A DNA stretch of 64,000 bases from positions 8,928,001 to 8,992,000 of the forward strand of contig NC_042999.1 in the NCBI RefSeq assembly GCF_006345805.1, read 5' to 3'. Below the pieces are notes generated by a model, which was not told where the DNA came from, made no database searches, and saw nothing but the letters and a program-made list of their open reading frames with translations. Within the stretch, counting starts at the first letter, position 1, and each line of letters opens with the position of its first letter. Made by a program: the position numbers and the translations under genes. Positions 12,151-25,157 of this stretch are shown piece by piece. The stretch comes from Octopus sinensis. Taxonomy: Eukaryota.

Positions 12151-14262
12151 GTCACTTAGGGAGCATGGAAAGATGGAAAGTGGATTGAGTTCTGGCATTA
12201 TTAATATAAGTGTTCATGATTGAACATTTTCGATGCGTGATTTAGTTTTATTATTAGAATTGTAAAACTTTTTCTAAATTTCAGAAATAACATAGGCTTA
12301 ACATCACAGCATTTTTTCAGTCTTAAATTTGGCAGATATATCGTGCAACGAATGAAGAGTGGGGAACCATATAATTTACAAAAGTGACAGCTCCTTGTGC
12401 ATAGTTATCCGTGCTAAATTTAATGATAGATATTGTGACTACAAAAATATGAATGTTTTTTTAAAGTAAATAGGAAAATTGCGTGATTTCACAGGTTTTT
12501 ATTATCATCTTCTGGTTACGGGTAATACCTAAAAGTAGTTATTTACAGCAAATTATCTGAGAACACACACCGAGAAAAGAAAAGCGGCTGATGCCAAGTA
12601 TCGAAGACAAATATAAGGTTGGAAGCACACCTTTTTATATGCAGCGAAATGCAACAATCGTTCGTTATTTTCATCCAATGATTACAAATAATAGCAACAC
12701 AATAAACAGCAAGAACAAAAACCAGTTTAATGGCTGGAACGAATGCAAAAATTATGAGATAATAATGACTTCGACAACGACCGTCGGACAACGTTTCAGA
12801 CGAAAGACTAGACGTCTAAAAATAGAAATATTCCAAACATAACAAATATATCGGATACCGGAAGAAGTGAATTCCTGAAGATGAGACAAAAATTGCTTTG
12901 TTGTGTTTCATTCTCCGTAAATATTGCATTATACCATTAATCCATCCAGCTAGCTTCATTCAACTATACTTATTATACATAGAATTCTATTGAAGTAAAA
13001 CCAGTTCACTACAGTATCTTAGGAATTGTTATTCATTTGTCCCCTTCACCTGAATACCAACAACAGCAAGAGTTGTTCCCTCCTCTTCTATTGGGGAAGA
13101 AAACGGGAGATACGTTTATAAAGTTCACCACTCCTATCGGAATTTTGCCTGCGGTGCGACCATATGTTGTTTTTCAGTTTAAGGTGAACCCTGCTTCACC
13201 GTATGTCCTTCAGAGTGAGTAGATATAATCCAAAGATATTTCTTTCTATCAAGTACGGCACCAGACACTGAAGCTCGAAGCAAATTATATACAGCATTCA
13301 TGAACCCTCGTTCCAACCGTGCCACACAATGAAAGAGATGTATTAAAACATGAGTTTGTTATTTGAATTCATTTTTATATCTTAGGCGAGCATTGTGAAT
13401 CTTGTGCTAATGAAGAAGACGGTTACTGTTTTCTATACATAACTCGGCACCGCCTGTGCACTTACACAAGCCATGATTGTCTGGATTTAGGGACCTAGTA
13501 AAACTGATTCCTCTTTTTTCTGTTGCTGGCGTGATCCATTGGTCTCAAAGTTTTCAGTGACGAAAGCTCATACTCATGAAAACTACAACTATTACAAGAA
13601 CACAAGAAAGAAAAAAGAAGCCGGAAAGAATCACAAGATTCGCCTCTAATGGAAAACCGAACGAAAATTCAATAGCACAGAGTTCGAATTTTTATACTAT
13701 TGAAGAAAATCGTTTAAACGTTTTGAGATCTGTTGATATTAAAAGCAAAATGTCACAAAGGCACAGCTTTGTATTATTTCGTGTAATTTTAATATTTCTC
13801 TGGTTGTGCTGAGAGAATCGGGGTAATTAAATCTCTACGTTTATCTTCACCAAGGAAACGCCAGTGAAAATGTGACTTCAGCTGGCAGCGGATTGCTTCA
13901 TTATGACTCGAAACGACACAGTTGGAACTTCATAAACAGTTCGTTGTTATAAATTAATCTAATCTCTATAGGAGTGTTGAATGCTGTGAGTGTCGTCTGA
14001 AGTATGAAAATTTTAGAAATTATATTCAAATTCATTTGTTTGCCCCTCTCAAAGGCTCCAGTAGAGATAATTACATTTATTATGGCGCTTTTCCCAGAAC
14101 ACACATATACTTGATTTTCTCTTATATGTTACATTTCTCGTAAGAGCCAGAAAATAAAATGTCACTTGTTTAATACGGTTTAATACGGTTGTTTCATAGA
14201 GAAATTCTTGGAAGAATTGATTACTATAATCTGGCATCAGGCTTATTGTACGATTCTGCTTC

Positions 14263-14890
14263 GCAAGCATCGGTGTAGGGTTAAGGAACTTGCCCAACAA
14301 CAATGTGGATTCGGTTTCATTCCTATTGTGTAACGCATTATGCAAATGTCTTTGACTATATACTCTGGCAGCGAGCTGACAGAAACGTTAGCACGCCGGG
14401 CGAAATGCTTAGCGGTTTTTCGTCTGTCTTTACGTTCTGAGTTCAAATTCCGTTGAGGTCGACTTTGCCTGTCATCCTTTCGGGGTCGATTAAATAAGTA
14501 CCAGTTACGCACTGCGGTCGATGTAATCGACTTAATCCGTTTGTCTGTCCTTGTTTGTCCCCTCTGTGTTTAGCCCCTTGTGGGTAGTAAGGAAATAGAC
14601 TATATACTTGGGCAGACCAGTGGCCTGCGAGTGGCTTTGGTAGGCGGAAATTATGTAGAAACCTGTCGAATACATACATATGTGTGTGGAGGGGTGAGTG
14701 TGTGTGTGTGTATTGTTTGTCTTTGTTTCTGTGTTTGTCCCGGTATTGTTTTGGTTACATCCCCTTAGCACTCCGGTAAATAAACAATAAGTACCAGGCT
14801 TAAATATACGTCCCAGGGTCGATTTGTTCTACTAAAATCCTAGAAGGCAATGCCCCAGAATGACCACAATCCAATAACTGAAATAAATAA
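14263..14890 (+). mobile_element. Old SINE family B interrupted by a family A insertion
   Basis: Head at 14263-14365 and body/tail at 14598-14890, joined across the TSD GACTATATACT. Confidence 0.65.
14368..14597 (+). mobile_element. SINE family A, long form
   Basis: Full head, core and GTTTGTCTGTCCTTGTTTGTCCCC...GAAATA tail; 11-bp TSD at 14355-14365 and 14598-14608. Confidence 0.9.
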
Positions 14891-15111
14891 AAGGTCAAAA
14901 CCACCAAATTTGCTATATTCTATGTTTTGGATACGGTAAGCATTTCTAGGCCTTTCCATCAGGAACATCAACGTTGTGCCGAGAACATCAGACATAATTT
15001 TCTTCGGAACAAACAGCTTCTTAGATACGGTTTCAAATGGCGGACTACTACATTCTTTCCTCCAAACGATATATGTACGTAATCCTATTTGTAATATATT
15101 CCCTTAAATAT

Positions 15112-15320
15112 GGCGGTGAGTTGGCAGTAACGTTAACACGTCGGGCAAAATGCTTAGCGACATTTCGTCCGTGTTCTCGCTCTAAGTTCAAATTCTGCCG
15201 AGGTTGACTTAAACTTTTATCCTTTCAGGATCCATAAAATAAATACCAGTGAACACTGGGGTCGATATAATCGACCTAACCCCTCACCCGCAGTCACCGG
15301 CTTTGTGCCAAGAGTTGAAA
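15112..15320 (+). mobile_element. SINE family A, short form
   Basis: Head, B-box and core. Confidence 0.8.
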
Positions 15321-15475
15321 TTAATATATTCTCTTAACTAAGGGATGCTGAGCTTACAGGCTGTGGTTGTTTAACCACAAAACAAACCTGTTGGATGAAA
15401 TCTGTGATCAAAGATATTCCAGGTATGAAAGACAGCATTATCCAATGTGCCTCGTCATTATTTCTGACGATAGAC

Positions 15476-15689
15476 AAGGCGGCGAGCTGGTAGAAACGTT
15501 AGCACGGTGGGCGAAATGCTTAGCGGTAGTTCATCTGCCGCTACCTTTTGAGTTTAAATTCCGCCGTGGTCGACTTTCTTTTTCATCCTTACGGGGTCGA
15601 TAAATTAAGTACTAGTTGCGTACTGGTGTCGATCTAATCGACAGGCCTCTTCCCCCAAAATTTCACGCCTTGTGCCTATAGTATCAACG
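15476..15689 (+). mobile_element. SINE family A, short form, with TSD
   Basis: TSD ATTATTTCTGACGA(T/C)AGA at 15457 and 15690. Confidence 0.9.
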
Positions 15690-16237
15690 ATTATTTCTGA
15701 CGACAGAGTGTCATTTGAGGGAGTTCTGGCTCCTATTTCCATCAGTTGAGCGCGTCCATAGCGACGTCTTTATGTTTTGCAGAATTTCTTTAACTATTTT
15801 CACCGTATTCTTGTAAACAGCCCAAAATATTTATTTCAATTGAGAAGGTCACGAAAGCGGTTAATCCAAGAAAGTTCCCTGCATTACATGTAACGCTGTT
15901 GTTTAAATGATAAATGGTGTTTTCGATATTCGAATATTTAGTTCTGTCTGATAATGGTGGATTCATAACGAACGAACAAATATTTAGGAAACAAACTCCC
16001 TGTAGAAGTCCTAGAATGGATAACCTTCGTCGGGTAATCGTTAACTACAAACTACGTCCCAGTGATTCACACCAGAGGCGAATGAATATAAAGCGTAAAC
16101 ATCTATGTTCCCTGGAATATACTGCAGACATCCTTCATATGAATAGAAATATTAAATTTCTAAATATCTCAGAGAGATATAAGCAGTGGTGGAACGATAG
16201 AGCAGTTGTATACTGTCAACTTAACGTGAAAGTCCCA

Positions 16238-16452
16238 TAAAGGGAATCACCTCACCGCTATTTAGCCCTAGGATGCATCAACGCTTCCTGTCGGCCTTGA
16301 CACATTTCCTGTGTCCTTATGTTTACAAAGGGGAGAGAAGCACCCCCACCCAGCTAAGCCTGCACCCAGAGACATGTTTCTGAGTTTTTGCTCGTCATCA
16401 GTCTGGGGTAGCATGGCCTGCAGCCGAAGATACTCGTCTAGACTTTGTAAAC
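16238..16452 (-). mobile_element. PLE pseudo-LTR-like / retrozyme-like fragment next to (TA)n
   Basis: Carries a minimal hammerhead; patchy similarity (ATTTAGCCC.AGG...CATCAACG...TGACAC) to the 6866 palindrome arm. Confidence 0.55.
16365..16407 (-). ncRNA. Minimal type I hammerhead ribozyme (one stem II closing mismatch)
   Basis: CCCAGA-CTGATGA-CGAG CAAAAA CTCA-GAAA-CATGTC-TCTGGG: 6-bp stem I, canonical core, palindromic ACATGT stem III, GUC triplet. Confidence 0.75.
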
Positions 16453-16619
16453 ATATATATATATATATATAATTTCAGTGAAGTAAATTCACTGATCACC
16501 AAAAATAGAAACATTAAGTTGACAGTTTGCAACTGTTGTATCCTTCATATGGTATTGTTTACATGAGAATTTAATGACTCATCAGACAAAGCAGATACGC
16601 AATTAGTGTTTTAATTACA

Positions 16620-16966
16620 ACTAGCAGTATCGCCCGGCGTTGCTCGGGTTTGTAAGCATTTTTAGAGAGTTATAACCAAAAAATAGCAAAAAAATGCATT
16701 AAAAATGGAAAAAAAATGATGGTAATTTTTTTTAAAACTCGTTGGCTCATCGTAAACATTTTTAGAGAGTTACTTCCCTTATATAATAGCGAAAAAATGC
16801 ATTAAAATGGAAAAAAAATGATGGTAAATTATTTTTAAAATCGTAGACTCATCGTAGACGCGCGCTAATACCCGGTTTTGGTTAAACTGCACCGCAAAAT
16901 GTGGGAGTAGTTAGGAATCTAAATCGTGGGAGACAGACACACAACTTCACTTTTATACATAAAGAT
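16620..16966 (+). mobile_element. Non-autonomous Helentron/Lep1-DINE-like element
   Basis: 5' ACTAGC...CCCGGCGTTGCTCGGG hairpin; 3' GACAGACACAC...CTTTTATACATAAAGAT; internal 100-bp dimer (16657, 16757); related copy at 52417-52810. Confidence 0.7.
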
Positions 16967-17425
16967 TAATGCTTTAATTAATGTCTTAAAGACGACGTCT
17001 TTAAAATGACTAAGATCGAACCCGCAAATCGTTCACTAAGCCGCTGTTGTTGCTGTTGTTGTTTTTGTTGTTGTTGTTCTTGTGGAATCTTTGCCGCCTC
17101 TCCACAGCGATGACATCAGCCCTAACCGAACAGATCTATATTTAAATACATTCCGACAATATCTTTAAAATATTTCATCCAAACATTTTATCTAAAACTA
17201 CCTTACCTCATATATCCCTGCTTGCCTGAGCTGTTGGTAGTGAATGGTGGCGGACGGGCGGGCGGGGGCGGGCCTTTAGAGGGTTGGGGTGTGTGCCTTT
17301 TGGTATTTGTTCAGGTTATTTCTGTTCTTTTCGCTCTGATTTTCACTCTGAACGGGAAAGATTTTGCTTTTCTTCTCTCCAGCGTTGGTGAAAAATGTAC
17401 TAAACACGGGCGTCGATTTCTCATA

Positions 17426-17541
17426 CCTCTCTCTCTCTCTCTCTCTCTCTTTCTATCTCGCTCTCTTTTTCTTTCGCTTTCTCTCTCTTTCTCTCTCTTT
17501 CTATCTCTCCCTCTTTCTCTCTCTTTCTATCTCTCCCTCTT

Positions 17542-17586
<45 letters not shown>

Positions 17587-17587
17587 T

Positions 17588-17618
<31 letters not shown>

Positions 17619-17670
17619 TTCTCTCTCTCCCTCTTTCCCTCTCTCTCTCTGTTTCTCTCTCTCCCTCCCC
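17426..17670. repeat. (CT)n-rich polypyrimidine tract
   Basis: Simple repeat. Confidence 0.95.
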
Positions 17671-18375
17671 CTGAATAAGCTACGAGAAGGAGATAAGGAA
17701 GGAAAGTTCCTATTGCGACTTTATTCTTTTTTCTCTGCCATTCTATTCACATGAGAAGATGATTCTTCGATGATCATTTTAGGGAAACTTCTACAATATC
17801 GGGCCCCCTCTCGATGGTTCATCAGTTCGTGTGTAAATCTGAAATAACTGTTTCTATTTACGAATGATATAAATCGGCGTATTGAAATTCGACAGAACCA
17901 TGTATTTTCGATACAAGTGGAATAACAACCTAACCTGATGTCTACAGAAAACTAAATACTTTACTGTGTGGACAAAAGGTACCAGACTAAAAGCTCAGTG
18001 GTTGCATGTAACATTAGAGGGATCGAAGTCGCTAAAGTATTGTGATGGACAATTGACAAGGTCTGGTAGTGTCTTCCATAACGGCTTGTGAATTATGAAT
18101 AGCAGCCAGATATTCGGTTATAGGGCGATCGAAACAATGTGTTTACTTTCGAAACTGCGTTTTAATTAGACACTCATCACGCTTAATGTCCACTTTTCTC
18201 TATGACGAAGTTAATTTATTTTCGGAACTTTCGCATAAATGCACGTAATTTTCCGTATGAAGAGAATCTAACCATTGAATACCACAGCTTATTGTTGCAT
18301 AAATCTTCAGCAGCAAGACTATTGTTGATGATGTCGTCTAGGATGCAGAGCTCTCTCCCTTATTTATCCTTTAAG

Positions 18376-18378
<3 letters not shown>

Positions 18379-18466
<88 letters not shown>

Positions 18467-18467
18467 A
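18379..18467. repeat. (TA)n microsatellite
   Basis: Simple repeat. Confidence 0.95.
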
Positions 18468-18687
18468 TCAAAGCAAGTAATGTCGTTAGGTAATTGACGG
18501 ATGAGGATTCTGGAATTGTAACGGGTAGAGGTTATATAGGTGCTGTGTTCCATGGTTATTGCAAGCCTATCAGACATACTCCTGAGTCAAAATCAGTGTA
18601 GATTCAGTACGTAGATGCATACATTTATACATACAGTACATACATTCACACAATACATACATAGATAATTTTTACATACATACATAC

Positions 18688-18718
<31 letters not shown>

Positions 18719-19849
18719 CATACATACATACTACATACATACATACATACATACGTAACACAATGCCTAAATACCAATCTTGAGAAATTAGGCTCCTCAA
18801 AACCAGAAAGGTGAAAGTTAATTCGAAGACTACAGATCCAATCCATCACAGGAACTGTCAAAATCTGTAAAACTTTCCAGAAGTTTATCATTTAAGTTTG
18901 TATGAGTATGTCTAGATATGCAACTATATGCATGAGAATACACACATAAAACAAAACATACAAATCTGCACATATACATACATTCAAACAAAATACCCTG
19001 TTATTGATGTTGAAATTCCAACCAAGGAAACTTGGATCTAGGTTAGAAACCGGCACTTTCGCTATTGGCAAGAAATCATGAATTAAAACTAAATAACATA
19101 ATACATACATACATACTTGTATGTATGTGTGCATGTATGTATGTATGTGTGTGTGTATGCGTTTAAACATTTTGACACAGCTCTCTATGAGTTCACGATT
19201 CGTGCACCTGTTCTGCGCGCCCACAAACCCTTCATTCATGCGGAGTTGAATCAGACTGTTATTAAAACATGTACGTAGCTCCCAGCAAATCTATCGAATG
19301 ATACTTTGTTTCTCTTTCCCTTGTCTTGTCTTGTTCTCCCACTCGTGCTATCTATCTTACATTAACTATAATAACATTCGCTATAACTTAGAACGGAGTT
19401 AAAGTTATAGTTTACGTTGACGAGAAGCAATAAAATTCATTTCCCGCACTGTATCTTATGTTACAGCGACCGACTTCATGCTGTACCAACGATGTTGATA
19501 TCGACAGTAAGAATGTATAATATAACATATATGAAATATGAATAACTATGGTGATCGTTAGAAGCTATTTAAAATTTTGTTCAAAGCAATGATTTCTTAA
19601 AATAGACGCTGTACGAAGCAAAAACAGGAAAAGTCATCGATATTCTATTTATAAATGAGACCTTGACTTTGGGAGAACATTTTATAATCAATATTAGGAT
19701 GGATGATAGATAACGGCGCTGGTACGGAGCTGGTCGTGTGGAAGTAATTTATTTATGTATTAGTTAAGATTATTGTTGTTTTATTGATCCAGGATTCATT
19801 TTTCTTTTTTACTGCAATGTAATAAGGTTTCCTTTTATTTTCTTCAACG

Positions 19850-20114
19850 ATATACACATACATACCTACATACAAACACACACACACATATATACACAGA
19901 CACACACACACACACATATATATATATACATATATACAGGCATACATGCTTACATACATAAATACTTACATACATGCTTATATACACATATATATATATA
20001 TACATACATATATATTTATACAAATATAAACACGCACACATATCTACACAGACACACATATACATACGTATATACATGCATACATGTTTGTATACATAAA
20101 TGCTGACATACATG

Positions 20115-20166
<52 letters not shown>

Positions 20167-20189
20167 CATATATATACACACACACACAC

Positions 20190-20245
<56 letters not shown>

Positions 20246-20264
20246 CACACACACACACACACAC

Positions 20265-20315
<51 letters not shown>

Positions 20316-20340
20316 ATTTATATTCCTCTCTCTCTCTATT
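19850..20340. repeat. Compound (CA)/(TA)/(TACA) microsatellite field
   Basis: Simple repeats. Confidence 0.9.
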
Positions 20341-20722
20341 AAATCCTCTGCTATTCAAAGGTATTTTTTCTTCTCATATTCATTGTGGAACATCGCTAGA
20401 GAACAAGCAAATTCACAGTATTTATATCGATCGATCGTGTTTTGAGGTAAAACGAAACACGAAATACAAGGTGTGTGCAACAACGAGGTGTATACATTGT
20501 GTATTTGCTAGTAATTGTAAATTTGCAGTAATGGGATTTCAGTGAATTTCTAAGGAGCATCAATAATGGCAGCCGACACACGTGCCTCCAGCTTCTCAAT
20601 CGAATTATTCAGCTTTTACACACTCACGCTCTCTATACATATACACCCATGCATACATGCGCACAGTAATTGAAATTATACATGCGTGTACTTGTGTGAG
20701 CAGGGAGAGAAGTTAGATTGCG

Positions 20723-20928
20723 TCTCTCTCTCTCTCTTTTCTCTCTCTCTTTTCTCTCTCTTTTTCTCTCTCTCTTTTCTCTCTCTCTCTCCATTTTCTC
20801 TCTCTCTCCTTTTACTCCTCTCTCCCTCTCTATCTCTGCATATATGTATCGTCTTTATATAAATGTGTGTGTATAATGTGTATATATATATGTGTGTTTG
20901 TATGTATGTATGCATGTATATTTGTGCG

Positions 20929-20997
<69 letters not shown>

Positions 20998-21010
20998 TAT
21001 GTATATATAT
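20723..21010. repeat. (CT)n and (TA)n microsatellites
   Basis: Simple repeats. Confidence 0.85.
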
Positions 21011-21014
21011 GCGT

Positions 21015-21480
21015 TGCTGTGTGCTAGGAGGCTTGCTTCCCAACAACTTGGTTCCTGGTTCAGTCCCACCGCATGGTACCTTCGTTAAGTGTCTTCTACT
21101 ATACCTCTGGCCGATCAAAGACTTGTGAGTGGAATCGGTAGACGGAAACTGAACGAAACCCGTCGTATATGTGTGTGTGTGTGTGTGTGTGTCCGTGCGT
21201 ATGTGTGTGTAACGGGAGGTTTTGTGTGTGTATGTGTTTCTGTGTGTGACTGTGTGTATATGTTGGTGTGTGTGTCATTGTGTCTGTGTTTGTTTCTCTT
21301 CCGTCGCTTGACAACCGATCTTGGTGTGTTTATATCCCCGTAACGTGACAGTTCATCAAATTAGCTGATAGAATAAGTACCAGGCTTACAATGAATATGT
21401 CATGGGCTCGATTTCTTCAGCTAGAAAGTGGTGATCCCGCGTGGCTGCAGTCCATTGACTGAAACATGCAAAAGAATACA
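21015..21480 (+). mobile_element. SINE family B
   Basis: GGTTCAGTCCCAC B-box, core, internal TG tract, degenerate tail. Confidence 0.8.
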
Positions 21481-21505
21481 AACACACACATATAGATGTA
21501 CGGAG

Positions 21506-21665
<160 letters not shown>

Positions 21666-21749
21666 CCCCATCAAAATATTATATACTTTATATCTGTATG
21701 AGAAATAATTGAGATTCAGTTGAATTAGGTACTTAAGTTGAAGCACCAG

Positions 21750-22842
21750 GTCCGTCCGGTATTATCCAATGATGACTTGTGATAAAGCTTTGTCCAACTA
21801 TTTCAATTGAAGTCTTGTGATAAACTTTTGTGCAATTGCTGTGCCCGCTTCTTGTAAATATAATGAGGTTAGTGATTTTTGTAGGTTTCAGAATTAATCT
21901 TGACTCTTATTTTTAGCAATCGCTGGTGCTATTTTGCACCCTTTATATATTAATTCCGTTTTGGTTTTTAATTTCTAGCGGGCCACTAGTGTTTTCAGGA
22001 CTGCATTTATATATTTACTTTTGCTGCTGTTGTTTAGCTCGAGCAGCCTGAGTGATACCATACGGCATTCGACGGCCGTCTGCACTGATCTCAGGCCTCT
22101 GCCAATTTCATTCAGTCTTAGGTGGCGACTATCAACATCACTGTTTCTGTGGAAGTTCCCAGTTGTAAGGATTTTGCGGGTTTTGATATCTATGGAATGG
22201 ATTTCCTCTACAGACCAATCAAGTATTCCAAATGTTGGGATCAGAACTGTTACTGCAAATGCATTGTGAGATATTGTTTTGTTGTAAGAAGAGAGTCCCG
22301 ACTGCCATATTCTCCTAAGTCTGGTGTAATATTCTCGGGTCACTCTATTTTTCTTCCCAGTACCCTCATATAATATATATTCATCTACGCCAAGGTGCTT
22401 GTAACATTCTTTGTGTGCAAAGGGGGGAGGTAGAGAGACCGTTGATGCACAGGTTTGGGGTTTGGGAGACTGAATTTTCTCGTTCTATAACCAAATATGA
22501 ACATTTCTTTTGGCCAAATTCCATGCCTATATCAGCTGAAAATGTTGTTATTAATTCCGGTTGTTTTTTGGCAAATGTTAACACTTTTAACATAAATCTT
22601 AAGGTCGTCTACAGAAAAACTGTGACTTACATTGATATTCCTAGTAGTTGAAGATCCTAGCATGTAACCATTTGTTTTCTGTAGCAGGAACGATAATGGG
22701 GTCAGTGCCAATATGAAAAGAAGTACAGAAAGACTCTCTCCCTGGAATATTCCCTTCGTAATGTCTATACTATCAGAAACAATTATTCTGTTCTCATTTG
22801 TAAGGGTAAGAATAGGTGTCCATGTCTTTGTGAGTCTCTCTG
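21750..22842 (-). mobile_element. Old R4/Dong-clade RT relic (copy H)
   Basis: KGIFQGESLSVLLFILAL, SFSVDDLKIY, GMEFGQKKC, REYYTRLRRIW...PTFGILDW...DIKTRK...GRGL; several frameshifts. Confidence 0.85.
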
Positions 22843-23141
22843 TGTATGTATGTATGTATGAATGTATGTGTGTATGTATGTATGTATGTATGTATGTATG
22901 TATGTATGTATGTATGTAGTATGTGTGTATGTATGTATGTGTGTATGTATGTATGTATGTATGAATGTATGTATGTATATGTGAATGTATGTGTGTATGT
23001 ATGTATGTATGTATGTGTGAATGTATGTGTGTATGTATGTACGTATGTAAGTATGTATGTATGTGTGAATGTATGTATGTATGTGTGTATGTATGTATGT
23101 ATGTATGTAAGTATGTATGTATGTATGTAAGTATGTATGTA

Positions 23142-23174
<33 letters not shown>

Positions 23175-23275
23175 GAATGTGTGAATGTATGTGTGAATGT
23201 ATGTATGTATGTATGTATGTATGTATGTATGTATGTGTGAATGTGTGTATGTATGTATGTATGAATGTATGTATT
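22843..23275. repeat. (TATG)n microsatellite
   Basis: Long TATG/TGTG array. Confidence 0.95.
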
Positions 23276-23734
23276 CGCGGGAAATTTGCACCTTCTGGTT
23301 TGATACCCAGTTTCCCACTTATTCTTCCAGGATGGCGGGTGGGGCTGTTGGACCCTCAGCCGTAGCGAAGACAACTGATTCAGGAGATAGAGATGTGAAA
23401 CAGAAAACAAACACCTGAGCTATGCCAGATATTGTTTGTGGCAAACATTTGCACCGACTTTTTCTGCAATCAGCATCTCCAAAAAGTTTGGTTGCTCTTT
23501 ACACCAGCCTCCTCCACTGATAACAAATCCTATGTTTTTGGGGGTAATCTGACAGCTGGATGTTGGGTTCTCATCCGTCGAGAATATGTCAGTGTGTGTG
23601 TGTGTGTGTGTGTGTATTTGTGAGTGTGTCTGTGTCTGTGTGTGTGTGTGTCTGTGTCTGTGTGTCTGTGTGTGCCTGTGTGTTGGTGCGTGCCTGTGTG
23701 TATGTGTATAGGTGTTTTTACCTGAGTGAATGAG

Positions 23735-23790
23735 AAAGAAAAAATAAAGAAAGAAGGGAAGAAAGAAGAGAAGAAAAAAAGAAAGAAAGA

Positions 23791-23823
<33 letters not shown>

Positions 23824-23843
23824 GAAGAAAGAAAGAAAGAAAG
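23735..23843. repeat. (GAAA)n purine tract
   Basis: Simple repeat. Confidence 0.9.
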
Positions 23844-24301
23844 TCTGCCATACTGAATTCGTCGTCGCATAAAAACTCTAAACCACGTATATCCAGATGT
23901 TACTATAAGCGCATTAATTCGCCTCCCTTATCATTAAAATGCTGATAAAACCCCTTCAAACGTACCACTGCTGATTATTTTACAGTTAACCAAACACTTT
24001 TATGAGAAGAACGATTGGTAGAGTCCCTATGACTTACATAGATAAGCATATCGATTCTTCCGAAATAGTAATTAAATTTCTTTCCTTTAAGTAGTAATTT
24101 CCGTTACAGAGGCGCACGTATTTAAAAGCATCCTGGCAAATTTTTATCTAACGTTAGTTACATTTAACATTATGTACTTTTTTTTTTCTCCATCGAACTC
24201 TATGCCAGGAGTGTATAATTCTTATATAGCGTGTTTAAAATGAGGTTATGAATATTGTGGATTTTGACAAAAAAGCTTGCAAGGGAATCGAACCGAGAAG
24301 C

Positions 24302-24342
<41 letters not shown>

Positions 24343-24345
24343 AAT

Positions 24346-24743
24346 TACTCTTTTACTTGTTTCAGTCAGTTGACTGCGGCTATGCTGGAGCACCGCCTTT
24401 AGTCGAGCAAATCGACCCCGGGACTTATTCTTTGTAAGCCCAGTACTTATTCTATCGGTCTCTTTGGCCGAACCGCTAAGTGACGGGGACGTATACACAC
24501 CAGCATCGGTTGTCAAGCAATGCTAGGGGGACACACACAGACACACAAACACACACACGCATATATATATATACATATATACGACAGGCTTCTTTCAGTT
24601 TCCGTCTACCAAATCCACTCACAAGGCATTGGTCGGCCCGGGGCTATAACAGAAGACACTTGCCCAAGATGCCACGCAGTGGGACTGAACCCGGAACCAT
24701 GTGGTTGGTTAGCAAGCTACTTACCACACAGCCACTCCTGTAC
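24346..24743 (-). mobile_element. SINE family B, full length
   Basis: Near-consensus head, core, internal microsatellite and tail. Confidence 0.92.
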
Positions 24744-24756
24744 CTATATACATTTA

Positions 24757-25100
24757 TCGTTTGTCTTTTGCTGGTTTCAGGCAAAGGCTGGGGCCATACC
24801 AGAGCACAGCCTCTTACTGTGTTTAGATCTCTTTTCTGTACCCTTTTTGGTGAAGAAACGAGTTGGACGCAACTGCTACACTCCGTGCCTCCTGCTGTGA
24901 TGGGAGTCCATCAGGGATTTCAGAGAGATTTGTCCCCTTGCTTTCTGAAGCTCTCATTTACAACTCACGAATTTCTGAGGTTCATTAGTTGGATGTTAAA
25001 AAATTGTAGTCCCACAAATACACACTGTTGTAGTACTTGGTCCTTATTCCAGATGAGGAAGACGGGATATCTGGTATTATGCTGTACCGGCCAGATAATG
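24757..25100 (-). mobile_element. CR1/L2-group LINE 3' end, degenerate
   Basis: RYSIIPDIPS...IRTKYYNS... ORF2 C-terminus-like (homologous to 48050-48330); 3' tail resembles the SINE B tail. Confidence 0.65.
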
Positions 25101-25104
25101 TGAT

Positions 25105-25138
<34 letters not shown>

Positions 25139-25157
25139 TCTTTTATTCTTATTTTAT

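Noticed and set aside
12770-12900. GAAACGTTGTC with an AGACG/CGTCT stem (minus) and CTGAAGATGAG (plus)
   Set aside because: Each has only half of a hammerhead, and they are on opposite strands.
19467-19506. Possible 40-nt exon (TTACAG...ACA|GTAAG)
   Set aside because: Splice-like motifs of this quality are expected by chance in 64 kb; no recognisable peptide.
23276-23590. Coding-looking GC-richer island between microsatellites
   Set aside because: It does not continue the adjacent R4 RT in any frame and has no recognisable motif.
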